Shown in pieces: positions 27,886 through 38,581 of a stretch of 64,000 nt of DNA. Under the pieces are notes generated by a model. The model made no database searches. It saw only the letters and a program-made list of their open reading frames with translations, and was not told where the DNA came from. Source of the stretch: a virus. Lineage: Duplodnaviria; Caudoviricetes. A program made the translations under genes and the position numbers. How positions within the stretch are numbered: the stretch's first letter is position 1; every line of letters starts with the position of its first letter. The stretch is taken from IMG/VR virus record IMGVR_UViG_3300010167_000013; one strand, 5' to 3'.

Positions 27886-29112
27886 CTAGTTCATCCTCAG
27901 AATCTTTCGTATGATATAGATCACCAATGGGGTGTACAAGAATACATCAATATTCCGATATGATGAAATCAAAGAATCGGCTGTGTACAGTGAGACATCA
28001 TTAATCGACAATGAGTGTCCATTGTTGATGAACTTCCATATTAGTTTTTCGAACTCAGATGTTGGTAGTAATCCACCATCCTCAAATGCTCTGAATTGAG
28101 TATCGTCGAAATACGATAGCTCTCTATTGTTCATTCCGACCTGATTCAATGCCAGCGGTTGGATTATCTGGATATCCCCATCCGACCACCTGTAGAATGA
28201 CGAGTCGGGATAATCTTCAGAGTACATCATGGAGAAATGGAATTTCTGTAACATTCGTTTTGGTGCTCCAAGTTCAATCCAATTATACACAGAATTGTTG
28301 TAGTATAGCTCTTTCCTACTGTCTCTAATTTTATCATGTAGAATAATTACATTGGAAGTATTTTCTGAGTTCATGATGCTATGTTTGGCCATAAACTCAT
28401 TACCACAGAGATCGAACCATCTAGCCCCATGATCCTGGTTGTGAAATAAAAAACAATTATGTCTATCATTGTAAAACATTGAACGGTATGACCGGATCAT
28501 CTGGTTCACCATCTGTTGAATCTGACTTCTACGAATGAAATCATCCGCTTGAATAATAGGATTGATGTTTGACCCTACAGAATCTAAATCGGTATGATAT
28601 GTTTCAACACTTTGTTTATCCAAGTTTTCAAGTATTTCAATTGATGTGCTGTGAAGACGGTATCGTATCTTGTAATACCCTTCAATCTTCATACTATCAT
28701 ATTGAACATCTACCACTTGAAATATCGCATTCATCTTCAAATGATTTAGTCTGAAAAAATCGTTTGGGTTCGGAACTATTGTGGATGGAAGTATCTGGCA
28801 TTCTCCCTCCACGTTGATATCTTCTATCCCCAACTCATCAGTATTCGTTGGGTTCGCTTGACCAAAACCGTACAATGGGAAGTTCTCAATCTTATTGAAC
28901 CGCAGTGGAGATTTGAATCCGAACAACTGTTCAATATCTCTGATGCCTCTATCTACTGTAGTTGCATTTTCCTTGATGTTGTAGTAAGTGGTAAGTATCG
29001 CACCAGCCTCAACGAATCTATTGGTCATACTTTTTAGGCGCGATTCAAAACGGAAAATGTTATTGGTGATCAATGACTCCTCATTAAAAATTAATCCACC
29101 CATTTGTTTCAC
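27886..29112 (-). CDS. Virion structural protein (probable neck/head-tail connector)
   Basis: TYYNI, SPLRFNKIENFPLYG and ILPSTIVPNPNDFF motifs resemble jumbo phage structural proteins. Confidence 0.5.
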   Translation of the reverse strand: MKQMGGLIFNEESLITNNIFRFESRLKSMTNRFVEAGAILTTYYNIKENATTVDRGIRDIEQLFGFKSPLRFNKIENFPLYGFGQANPTNTDELGIEDINVEGECQILPSTIVPNPNDFFRLNHLKMNAIFQVVDVQYDSMKIEGYYKIRYRLHSTSIEILENLDKQSVETYHTDLDSVGSNINPIIQADDFIRRSQIQQMVNQMIRSYRSMFYNDRHNCFLFHNQDHGARWFDLCGNEFMAKHSIMNSENTSNVIILHDKIRDSRKELYYNNSVYNWIELGAPKRMLQKFHFSMMYSEDYPDSSFYRWSDGDIQIIQPLALNQVGMNNRELSYFDDTQFRAFEDGGLLPTSEFEKLIWKFINNGHSLSINDVSLYTADSLISSYRNIDVFLYTPLVIYIIRKILRMN

Positions 29113-29154
29113 CTCTCTTGTTGGATAATTAAACTTTGGTCAAAGAAGTAGGAA

Positions 29155-29182
29155 TGTGAGGAGGGATTAATCCCTCCTCACA
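29155..29182. terminator. Terminator hairpin
   Basis: TGTGAGGAGGGATTAATCCCTCCTCACA palindrome. Confidence 0.7.
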
Positions 29183-29187
29183 CATTC

Positions 29188-30189
29188 TCATTCTGCTGTT
29201 GGAAGTTTACCTAGAAATCGATCTTCGAGTGTGAGAATATGATTTAGCATTTTCTCTCGTATCTCAGGTTTGAGGGTGTTCCTGACGAACCTATCCAGCC
29301 CTAATACCATGGCGACTGCCTTGATAGTATCAAAATCTTTTCTATCATAAGTGGTACTATACATTAGTAGGTTCATGAAATATAACAGGAGAATATTACT
29401 TTGGTGATGATACCTCTCGGGAAGAAACCGTTTTTCAAACTGAGATATCTCCAATATGAATTTCGTTGAGATATTTAATTGGGTTAACTTCTCTCGGCTC
29501 TTGTTTATCCAATACTCAATTTTCGATTGATCAGAGAAGGCCTGAATGATACGATTCGATGTTTTACTATCCATGGGATCTGATAGGAACTCAAGATGTT
29601 TTTGGTAGTAATACATCTCAAGGCCTTTCTCACCACTAGCTTTTTTGACAGGATCTTCTTCTTTGTCAACAGCCTCCTGTAGTATTCTTATTTTCTCATC
29701 TTCCTTGGTTTCCATCAGTTCCATGTATGCATCGTTTACTTGTCGATATTCTTTGAGGGAACTCATCCAATGAAAGAAATCCTGCACGATGGATTTAACT
29801 CTGTCAATCGTGACAGTATGTTGTACCCCTATTATCGGATGACCATCTCCAAATATTTCCAATACTTTTTCTTCAGGGATAGTGTCTAATCCATTGAATG
29901 GATCGTATTTTCCCGATGAGATGTCATCATCGGTAGTTCCTTCTGGAGGAGGAATTCTATTTTCTTCGTTGTACTGATGGAGAAGCTTCATATGTGAATC
30001 TGTTATTCCAAATTCTCGTTTGGAACTTTCCCACTGAGCTTCCAACATACTAACTATTTCTCGTATTTGTTTGATCAGTTGAGTGAGCTGAGCTTCTGTT
30101 GTATCATTCAATGGATCCTTCTCATCTAAGACCGGAGGACCTTCATCAGGTGGTCTTTCCGGAAATAGTTCAATAACTTTGTCGTTCAT
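29188..30189 (-). CDS. Hypothetical protein
   Basis: 333-aa helical ORF in the RNAP operon. Confidence 0.7.
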   Translation of the reverse strand: MNDKVIELFPERPPDEGPPVLDEKDPLNDTTEAQLTQLIKQIREIVSMLEAQWESSKREFGITDSHMKLLHQYNEENRIPPPEGTTDDDISSGKYDPFNGLDTIPEEKVLEIFGDGHPIIGVQHTVTIDRVKSIVQDFFHWMSSLKEYRQVNDAYMELMETKEDEKIRILQEAVDKEEDPVKKASGEKGLEMYYYQKHLEFLSDPMDSKTSNRIIQAFSDQSKIEYWINKSREKLTQLNISTKFILEISQFEKRFLPERYHHQSNILLLYFMNLLMYSTTYDRKDFDTIKAVAMVLGLDRFVRNTLKPEIREKMLNHILTLEDRFLGKLPTAE

Positions 30190-30190
30190 A

Positions 30191-30670
30191 TTATATCTCC
30201 TCGTGTTCTTCTATGTCTTTTTCCCACATCTGTTTTATCAATGCTGCCGAGGTTTCTGCGATGTATTTCTCGTAATATTCTTGAGTAAAGAAAGTATCTT
30301 CAAATGAGAAGATATTCCCATTCAGTGATCGATGGGCAGTCTCAGCTACATCTCTAACCAGTGATTCCAGAATGGTTTTATTTATCTTGGTCATATCATG
30401 ATTGTCTTGAAATGTTCGATATTTCAGAATGGCTATCTGAGCAAGCATGTTCCGAATCATTTCAAGTATGCTATTCGAATACTCGGCTGTCCTATTTCTG
30501 TTTTCTTCCTCCAGTTCCTTGTATTCTATCTCCTTTGACAATCGAATCTGTTTGAGTTCAGTATACTTGAGCAGAGATCTAACCATGAAGATGGCAACTA
30601 TTATCATGGCAATGAGAACACCTGTCAGTATGATGTACATTAGCTCTTGGGTAGTTCCGATGATATCCAT
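30191..30670 (-). CDS. Single-pass membrane protein
   Basis: N-terminal TM helix (LMYIILTGVLIAMIIVAIFMV); GGAGG RBS. Confidence 0.7.
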   Translation of the reverse strand: MDIIGTTQELMYIILTGVLIAMIIVAIFMVRSLLKYTELKQIRLSKEIEYKELEEENRNRTAEYSNSILEMIRNMLAQIAILKYRTFQDNHDMTKINKTILESLVRDVAETAHRSLNGNIFSFEDTFFTQEYYEKYIAETSAALIKQMWEKDIEEHEEI

Positions 30671-30681
30671 ATTATCCTCCC

Positions 30682-31170
30682 TTAGTTACAAAATGATTCT
30701 AAATTATCGTTGAATAAATTAATGATATTGTCAGTGAGATATTTCTTTTTGAATGGTAAATTCTTCATGATGTACTCCCACACCTCATTCATATCATCAA
30801 TGGTATTCAAACGATCTTTCGAATACATCTTGTACAGTTTGGATAGTTTGGTCAAGTAATACATTTCATTCGGAGTACAGAAGATTACTCTATTGCGTAT
30901 GTTATATCCTACAGTATCGATATCATGTTCTGGTTCCCCAATAAATTCACTTTCATCAATGATTGTTTCCATTCTGACACCCAGTGACTTCAAATATACT
31001 TGCAGTATCTCCGCTGATCTAGAGGTGAATTTTTCTGGTAAATCATATTCGCCATCCTCAGATAGTATGGCCTCGTACATAAATCTTCTACCATCTATAG
31101 ATGATCTGTATAATGCTGTCACCAGGGCGAAATCGTTTGGATCTGTCACGATTAAAAAGTTCGGTGTTTC
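30682..31170 (-). CDS. rpoB: RNA polymerase beta C-terminal subunit, exon 3
   Basis: Starts ETPNFL, completing RFGEY|E; SAEILQVYLKSLGV resembles the beta C-terminus. Confidence 0.85.
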   Translation of the reverse strand, partial: ETPNFLIVTDPNDFALVTALYRSSIDGRRFMYEAILSEDGEYDLPEKFTSRSAEILQVYLKSLGVRMETIIDESEFIGEPEHDIDTVGYNIRNRVIFCTPNEMYYLTKLSKLYKMYSKDRLNTIDDMNEVWEYIMKNLPFKKKYLTDNIINLFNDNLESFCN

Positions 31171-31579
31171 CACTACCTTCACATGGTTCGCAAGTCCATG
31201 CAGTACATTTAAGTACTTCTTATGCTCTCGCATAACGACATCAGAATCTCACTGATGAAGTGGCATTATGCCAGTTGAGACTATATCTTTAACTACACGA
31301 TGTGTAGCAGAGCTAAGCTTTTCCATTTAAGGGATTCTCACCCGCCAGCATCAGCTTCTGGCCGTACTCCTGTTGGCATTTCAGCCCAAGGGATAGTCGT
31401 TGAACCTTCCACCTACGTTGTAGGTAGCTTGGCTGCGTATGATTATCTCTATCAACTACGTTTTTACAATACCCAGATCGTTATACCTGGTGCTACACCA
31501 TCTATCACTAGTGGCTGCTGTAGTAGTTGCCTAACGAGATGTTCCCGCAATTAACATAGTTTAACGAGTACAAAATTTC
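31171..31579 (-). ncRNA. Group I intron 2 (409 nt, no ORF)
   Basis: P1 GAGTAT/GTACTC with U.G at the splice site; P AATTGCGGGAA, Q ACGCAGCC, R GTTCAACGACTA, S AAGATATAGTCT; terminal G at 31171. Confidence 0.9.
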
Positions 31580-32299
31580 ATACTCTCCAAACCTTATGGG
31601 AGTCTCAGAAAAGGGCGCCTTAGAGATCTTTGACTCGTGAGACTTTTCTGGTAGAGATTCATCAGAAATAGCTCCAGCCGATCTTACCGAAAATCCCCTT
31701 TCCCCACTCTGCTTCAGTAGCAGAATATATTGATACCCAACATAGTCTTTCCCAATGTAGATATCCCTTCCCCAATTTGGTTTTGGAACAAATATGTTGT
31801 ACGGTTTTATTACATCGCCATACTTCTCATATATTTCAATGATAGCATCACGTAGATTAATTTCCTTGCTGAATGCCTCCCATCTAATGTATATTCCTTG
31901 ATTAGTCATGATGAGTCCATTGCTGTCTAGAGAGATTGAGGATTCTACAAACTTTCTCTTCTCTCTATCTGACAATGTCTTGTACAGTGCTCGTAGATCT
32001 TTGGATTGATATGGGTTCAGAATATCCATGATCTTGAACATGAATTCTACCGCATCATCATTATTCAAGGTAGCCATATGTTTTCTAGTTCTATCCAGAA
32101 TAAATGTGATGCTAGGTTCAATCAATGCCATTGGTATAGTTCTATTTATTACAGCTAGAGAGTTTGTGATTAGATCCACTCGCTCATGGGGACCTGATGG
32201 ATGAACAACCCCATCCTCATCTGAATATGCCTCTGTGGTAAGATATGGCATATCTTCATCTTTCCAGATATTGCAAACGACAGCTTTGTTTCCGTGTCT
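31580..32299 (-). CDS. rpoB: RNA polymerase beta C-terminal subunit, exon 2
   Basis: RHGNKAVV, DMPY, DLITNSL, VGYQYILLLKQ...SVRS.G and PIRFGEY motifs. Confidence 0.9.
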
Positions 32300-33498
32300 C
32301 GCTATCTTCACACTATATCGCAACTATAGTGCAGTACATTTAAGTACTTCTCCTACTCTCATAGGACGTCAGTGTATTCCAACACTGAAGGAGGGGCCTT
32401 CCCTCGTCGAGATCATATCTTTTGGAATATTTTCCAAATGGCTTTTCCATTTAAGGGATTCTCACCCACCCCATTGGCTTGGGCCGTACTCCTATTGATC
32501 CATTGGATCCAAGGGATGATCGTTGAACTCTCATGTTAATTCTCATATGGTAGAAATAAATAATCCTTTGAAATGCTTTTATGAGATTTGCCTGTTCTGA
32601 TATCATATACAAGGCCTTTAAATCGAGGATACTGTATATGATTTATCAATCCTATCTCATTAAATATTTCCCTGAGAGGATAATTCGCTTCTAAACATCT
32701 ACATATATGATGAATTATTTCATCTGGAATTTTTTTAAGGGAACCGGTTTTTATAAAATCATATTCTCTACTGATATCTTTCCATGCACGACCAGTTCTA
32801 ATTCTAGTAATAAGGCCTTTGCCATGTGGGTCATTTGGAAGACCCAGTTGGGTTATGATATCAATATTTTTTTACCTTCATTTATTAATCCACAGATTTT
32901 ATGAACTGTCTCATTTGAAACAGAACTATATGATAGTAGATCACCGGTTTTTATTAATCCCATTGCTCGAGCATGTTCATTATTTTCTTTATTAGTAGAC
33001 CATTCGAGGTTATCCAGATGATTATTTAATCTATTCCCATCCTTATGATTGACTTGGGGTTTATTCTCAGGATTAGGAATAAAAGTTAAAGCCATTATAC
33101 GATGAACAGTTCTTCGGACAAATTCATAAAGACCATCATCACGAGTTATTCGAAGTGATACCGCTCGATATCCTCGTTTTTCAATCCATCCGTCAAGAAC
33201 CTTACCCGTTTCTGTATTAGTAATTACAGCATTTTCATCAATTGTATAATGGGTTGGGATCTTTCCATCAATATATATATTTCTCCATATAAGTACACAA
33301 ACCTTTCTACTTAATTTATCATTTATAAGTAGTAAAGTGTTTGATATATAACACAACAGCTGCGGATTATCCAATCCTACTCTCTTTTACCATACCTGAG
33401 TGATTAGTTCAGCCACTATCTACATCGCTGTGATAGTTTGGTGTAGTAGGCTCTAAGGATGTTCCCGTCAATTAGCTCATTTTAAAGTTGGCAATCAT
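32300..33498 (-). mobile_element. Group I intron 1 (1199 nt) carrying an HNH homing endonuclease
   Basis: P1 GTTGGT/GCCAAC; P AATTGACGGGAA, Q AATCCGCAGC, R GTTCAACGAT, S AAGATATGATCT; terminal G at 32300. Splicing restores GRKIVG|RHGNK. Confidence 0.9.
32536..33374 (-). pseudogene. Intron-encoded HNH homing endonuclease, frameshifted at an A7 run
   Basis: VHRIMALTFIPNPENKPQVNHKDGNRLNNHLDNLEW HNH motif. The frame stops at 32853, but the -1 frame continues two IRTG...IS..Y.F repeats to a stop at 32536. Confidence 0.75.
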
Positions 33499-34656
33499 AC
33501 CAACTATCTTCCTTCCAACACGGATATGTTCTTTTTTCCGAACTAATATCTCTACCATTAGATTGGAGAATACATTGTCATTGAATGCCCATAACGCCTG
33601 GGTATCTAAATAGTCCTGGGACTTTTTCATCCAACGATTGATTTCCTTGTCTACATATCTATGACCACCATTGATTATTTTCTTGCATGTTCGGTATACC
33701 TCTGTGTAGAACCATCTGGCATCATTGTAATATTGAATCAGTTGTTTATTGACCTTATTCACTTTTAGGTTGGGATTGTTGGAGTACACATTGATGTCAA
33801 TTATTTCCCCATCCCCATAGAACACCTGGTCTGATTGTAAATTAATGGTACTAAGTGAACTATCTCTGAGATCGGAGAACATTCTAGTTTCTTTCACACT
33901 ACGTGTAGCTGCTAGTATACCATTTGATATGTGATCACCGATATTTGGTAGTCCTTGATATTCCCCATCTGTTCCATACAGATTCAGAAAGATTGTGCTC
34001 TCATTAATTGGTATTGTCTTCTGACTAACTTGGTTACTAATCATTCGTTTGGAGAATGATTCCGATATGATGATTGCATCATCTTGTACTGCTGGATGAG
34101 TAGCATACAATATTCTACCGTTGACTCCTATCGATACATTCATATCATCATCGTATGATGATGATGTGTATAGTACGGTATCCTTTGGTATAAGTTCACC
34201 TACCTCGGCATTATCCAGGTAATCATTCTTGTAATCAAATCCAAAGTTTTCTGTTAGATTCTCAACTTCTTTCCGTTCTACTAATTTATATGAATCATCA
34301 TCCTTGCAGTAGAGAAAGTACAGAGATGAATAACATTTTCCCTTCAGTAGCTCATTGTATTTTTTCACTATGCTAAATACACGGTATTCCTTGTCAGTCC
34401 TCCTGTAGAAAGATGAGTGTTCTCCAACTAGATTTTCTTTACCATCGTAGATGTATGGGAATTCTGGATCATCGATGGTCAAGTGTTGAGCATGGTGCTT
34501 GATATTCATGGCAGATCTCATTAGTGAGTTTGCTCCACTAAAATCCCCTTGACCAATCAGTGATAATTTCTTAGATCCCTTTAGCTCGTTACTTTGCTTA
34601 ACAAGATCATTCACAAGGTTGTATTTCTCCCTAGGCATACTTACAATATCCTCCAT
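33499..34656 (-). CDS. rpoB: RNA polymerase beta C-terminal subunit, exon 1 (probably non-virion RNAP)
   Basis: GANSLMRSAM..H.AQ, GVNG, QDDAIIISES and VGRKIVG motifs. Spliced product is ~788 aa (alternative start 34638). Early-type promoter upstream. Confidence 0.9.
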
Positions 34657-34723
34657 TCTATAATAGTCACTTTCTTCATAGCATCATTCTCCCTGAATAA
34701 TTAGTTTATTAGTAGTTACCCTC

Positions 34724-34738
34724 AGAATATATAATTAG
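34724..34738 (-). promoter_or_regulatory. Early-type promoter core
   Basis: CTAATTATATATTCT upstream of the RNAP gene. Confidence 0.55.
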
Positions 34739-34750
34739 AGAACCGACTAA

Positions 34751-34779
34751 TACACAGAGGGCGAAAAGCCCTCTGTGTA
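34751..34779 (-). terminator. Terminator after tail tube gene
   Basis: TACACAGAGGGC-GAAAA-GCCCTCTGTGTA. Confidence 0.75.
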
Positions 34780-34815
34780 CTAATCTGTTGCATTCCGAGG
34801 GGAGTATGTTGGGAG

Positions 34816-35913
34816 TTATTCTTGAGCAAAACCATCCCAGCTAGGCTGTGCTTTGTATCCTGGTTGTCCAGCAAGCTTGGGACCAATACCAGCTGTGTTG
34901 GTATTGAAATCATAACCATCCTGTACGATAGTCTTAGGAGCATTGGTACCGTAGAACGAAGGAAGATTACCAATGTTGGTACCACTAGCAGAGTCAACAG
35001 GTACAGGACCAAGAGAGCGATTAAATGCACTGATGTTCTCAGGAGCGTACACGGCGTCACCCAATTCCGGATTGAAGTTGAGAGAATTCGATACGATTCG
35101 GTACTGTTTCAAGAGATCATTTGCAATAGCAGTGATGATCGGAGAACGATACAGAACACAGTTGAACGTAACATCATATGTTACGTTGTCATGAGTTCCT
35201 TGACCAGCCATGTCTAGAACAGCACCCTGAGCAATTCCTTTCGGGTAACAGTCGGCTAACATAACGGCACGTTCAACTTGAGCACCAGTCCTATCATGCA
35301 TCACATAAATGAATTCAGCCGTATGATTAGCCTCGTTGAACGGAATACCATCATCCGATTCTCCATTACGCATGTAGAGACGTTTCTCTAGTCCATCCTG
35401 ATTACGACCACCAGACACCCAACCACCGTAAGTAGCCAATCCACTGTTCTCATCACCAATCGCATTCATCCAACCATCTATGACAGTATATACCGGAACT
35501 CCAACAAGTTCGTACAATCCAATCGTAATTTCATTGGTTGTTTCCTTGGTGACAGTTGGGGTATTGAACAGACGACCGGCAAATCCACCTTGAATAGGAG
35601 TACCTGCATCTTCGATACGTTTTTCAGCAAATCCACTAACAGAACGATTCATGTATTCAAGCATATGTTTGAACTGTATGAACAACGAATCTTTGCTGAA
35701 TAAAAGTCCATCGTTTCCGGCGAACATTTTCAGTATTGCCTTTGGAGGTCTAACCATGAACAGACGACCAAAACCATTTAGCAGTGGAGAATAATTACGT
35801 AACGCATGATGTGTCGCGTTTACTCCACCTACGAACATACTGTAGTTCGTCATTTCAGGCGCATCAAATATTCTACCACCTGTTTGAGATGTTATAACGC
35901 TCGGGATAGCCAT
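34816..35913 (-). CDS. Tail tube protein
   Basis: Directly after the sheath gene. GFGRLFMVRPP, YELVG.P, W...IGD.NSGLATY.G and NHTAEFIY motifs; high-expression codon bias. Confidence 0.75.
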   Translation of the reverse strand: MAIPSVITSQTGGRIFDAPEMTNYSMFVGGVNATHHALRNYSPLLNGFGRLFMVRPPKAILKMFAGNDGLLFSKDSLFIQFKHMLEYMNRSVSGFAEKRIEDAGTPIQGGFAGRLFNTPTVTKETTNEITIGLYELVGVPVYTVIDGWMNAIGDENSGLATYGGWVSGGRNQDGLEKRLYMRNGESDDGIPFNEANHTAEFIYVMHDRTGAQVERAVMLADCYPKGIAQGAVLDMAGQGTHDNVTYDVTFNCVLYRSPIITAIANDLLKQYRIVSNSLNFNPELGDAVYAPENISAFNRSLGPVPVDSASGTNIGNLPSFYGTNAPKTIVQDGYDFNTNTAGIGPKLAGQPGYKAQPSWDGFAQE

Positions 35914-35915
35914 AA

Positions 35916-38441
35916 TTATTCACCTCCAAATCTATTTCCATATTTTTCAACAGCCTTTGTAGCTCCATACTCATAGACTTTGTTTCCTCCAGTTTCATAA
36001 TCCGGACGTTGGATATTAATCTCGAGGATGATTCTCTTGATAATATCTCTGAATGAGACATAGACAAGACATCTCATGATCATGCGCTCTTGTTCCCATT
36101 CGTTTGCAGTGAAGAGTATCTCGATGTTATGAACCATTGTTCCAATCCAAGGACGGTATACTTCCATCTGAGATTCGGTGTATCCTCTGCGGACCTCTGG
36201 CTCATTCCATTCGTACAAGTATCCTCTGCAAGCTTTCTCCAGACCTTTCTTGAGAGCATTGAGTACACGTACATTGTTCTCTTCAAGAAGAGCAGATGCA
36301 TCTCTTTGACGGGTATTCTGTACAGCTCTTTGAACACTTCTCCCCTCATCGGTTGTTAGATAATAGTTGAGTCTAGAAGTGAAGAGGCGTTCTTTGACAT
36401 CCCAATCTATGAGATCTATGTCTGGGCGGAACGAATCACGGATCATACTACCGGTAACAACTCTACTGGAGGAATTCCTACGAATAGCACGTAAGGTTGC
36501 ATAGTTGTACGTGAACGGTTTATTCAGTCCTTCTCTCATGATATGAGGTACAAGACTCTGAGCAAGGAAGTAGGTCGTAGTAACTTGAACTCTTTTACTC
36601 GACATGGGATCATAGATTTCGTAGTACCCAAGATCGATCGAAGTATTACGTCCATCGAATTCTTCCATCATATTGATGATATCAATTAATTCAGAGCTTA
36701 CTGTTACATTTCTAATACCAGTCAAATTACAGTCGAGATGCAATAAACACCCAGCACCTTCTGCAAGATCTACGGTCATACCATTCCGATTACGGAACTG
36801 ATTGAGATCATACATGGCTCTCTTGACATTGAGATCACTGAAGTCAACCAGGAAGCTGTTAGATCCAAGAATAGCCAATTGTTGAGCATCTTTGTCTGTC
36901 AATATGGTAGACTGGGTGTACAGCGGCATCATCTGAGTATCCAACCAGATATCTTCATCAGCCGTCATATTGTAATTCGCATCAAATATGAAATCTAAAT
37001 TAACTCGAGCCGGAGATAAAATCTTTCTATCCTTTTCTCCACGGAATGCCTTGACATACTCCTTGGAAAGCAAGAGCTTCATCTCAGCACTATTCGGAGA
37101 ACGAACATCTCCACCAACACTAATTTCTTGGAAGTCGCCGTCATGTCCACCATCGAATCTATTTCCAACTGGAATCTGAAGATCTAAACCATTGTATTGA
37201 TCGGCATCGATCTCTGTCTCTTGCCCTTCGTCATAGACAATGTTTCCAGTCTCAGGATCAATGTGAACTACACGATATATCCAACGGTATCCATCGTTGA
37301 GAGGATCCGCTATTACCAGTACCCTAGCACCAACAAATGCAGTAGCCCAATCAGAAATATTGAGAGGCTTCTGAGCTCCTACTGTGTTAGGAACGGTTAA
37401 ATTTGGTTCAACCCAAGGACCGGTTGGTTTGACGGTATAATTTCTGTAGTACGGAATCAATTGAGAACTCCTGGTATTCAATCTCATACCAAATATGGGA
37501 TCAAATGCATCTGGAAGAATAGAGTTGGCATATCCAAGTTCAATTATATCATCTGCAGTACCAGATGCCCCAACATATACCGAGTTCTTGTCTACTATCT
37601 CTTCCTTGTAAAAATTATACAGATGAACAAAGCTATCCTCGTATGTATGAATCTTCACAGGACAAGAACCGGTAGAGAATTGGTCAAGAACATCGTCCAC
37701 CAATGTGGACATTTCATATCTGGTAGTCTGGTACATGGAGCCGGCAAACATATTGGTTACTCGAGTTCTGAGATCATTGGTCAGAAGAGTATAACGATAC
37801 ATCTTCATACCATATTCTTTTTCTGCTTCATTGTCTCTAGCAAGTCTCATCGAGTAATGATTGCCATACCTACCACGACCAATACTCCTTACGTAGAAAA
37901 GAGGTACAGTCATGTACCCAGTCAATGGATCTGGGGTTAGTTTAGTTAAACTCTGACCAAACTCTTCTATATCTCCATCGCTCATTGCACCTTCGGTAAG
38001 ATACGGTTTGGCTGCATACGCTGTGGAGAATTTAACCTCCATGCGAATCTTACCAGTTTCCTGAGAAAGCTCATCCAGTATTTTTCCGCTACGGAAGTGA
38101 GCCAACACAACCATATTGGAATACGTTGCATTATCAGGTAATACTCTGCAAAACCATACACTAGTATGCCCATTGAATAATGCATCAGCCTGCAACGAAG
38201 ACTGACCGTACCTTTGGTAGTTACCCCTTCCAAACAATGCTTGCTTCGTTCTGATGTTACTCAGTTTGATGAACGTGTTGTCTATACCAGTATCGGCCCC
38301 GGTCACCACACAGGTTCCATATGGCAGATCATCTGGATCAATCGGGGTTGCCACAGTCTCATCATACCACGTTTGGTCAAAAATTACAGTGTGGACATGA
38401 GGGTGAGCATAGTAGGGTATTATCTGAGCACTCGATGCCAT
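35916..38441 (-). CDS. Contractile tail sheath protein
   Basis: 841 aa. FG..NY.RYGQ, CRVLPDNATY, GRGRYGN and SALLEENNVRV motifs; C-terminal VSFRDII.RI.LEI.I. Confidence 0.85.
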   Translation of the reverse strand: MASSAQIIPYYAHPHVHTVIFDQTWYDETVATPIDPDDLPYGTCVVTGADTGIDNTFIKLSNIRTKQALFGRGNYQRYGQSSLQADALFNGHTSVWFCRVLPDNATYSNMVVLAHFRSGKILDELSQETGKIRMEVKFSTAYAAKPYLTEGAMSDGDIEEFGQSLTKLTPDPLTGYMTVPLFYVRSIGRGRYGNHYSMRLARDNEAEKEYGMKMYRYTLLTNDLRTRVTNMFAGSMYQTTRYEMSTLVDDVLDQFSTGSCPVKIHTYEDSFVHLYNFYKEEIVDKNSVYVGASGTADDIIELGYANSILPDAFDPIFGMRLNTRSSQLIPYYRNYTVKPTGPWVEPNLTVPNTVGAQKPLNISDWATAFVGARVLVIADPLNDGYRWIYRVVHIDPETGNIVYDEGQETEIDADQYNGLDLQIPVGNRFDGGHDGDFQEISVGGDVRSPNSAEMKLLLSKEYVKAFRGEKDRKILSPARVNLDFIFDANYNMTADEDIWLDTQMMPLYTQSTILTDKDAQQLAILGSNSFLVDFSDLNVKRAMYDLNQFRNRNGMTVDLAEGAGCLLHLDCNLTGIRNVTVSSELIDIINMMEEFDGRNTSIDLGYYEIYDPMSSKRVQVTTTYFLAQSLVPHIMREGLNKPFTYNYATLRAIRRNSSSRVVTGSMIRDSFRPDIDLIDWDVKERLFTSRLNYYLTTDEGRSVQRAVQNTRQRDASALLEENNVRVLNALKKGLEKACRGYLYEWNEPEVRRGYTESQMEVYRPWIGTMVHNIEILFTANEWEQERMIMRCLVYVSFRDIIKRIILEINIQRPDYETGGNKVYEYGATKAVEKYGNRFGGE

Positions 38442-38497
38442 ATTATCCTATCTCCTTTTCTACATATTTTTGATGAGTAAATCCTTGATAACTCTTT

Positions 38498-38509
38498 TAA
38501 CTAGTTGTT
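38498..38509 (-). promoter_or_regulatory. Late-type promoter (AACA-N6-TA) of the sheath/tube operon
   Basis: AACAACTAGTTA, 57 nt upstream of the sheath start. Confidence 0.5.
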
Positions 38510-38535
38510 GATATGGCATCAAGTGGTCATCAGGA

Positions 38536-38549
38536 TAATTATATATTAT
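38536..38549 (+). promoter_or_regulatory. Early-type promoter core
   Basis: TAATTATATATTAT upstream of the nuclease-MTase gene. Confidence 0.6.
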
Positions 38550-38581
38550 AATGATAATGATAAAGCAGGAGGTGTAGGATA

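Noticed and set aside
31171-31579. ORF-track starts and ends lying inside introns (MREHKK..., ...ILYSLNYVNC, 31300-31554)
   Set aside because: These are read-through into group I intron sequence, not coding.
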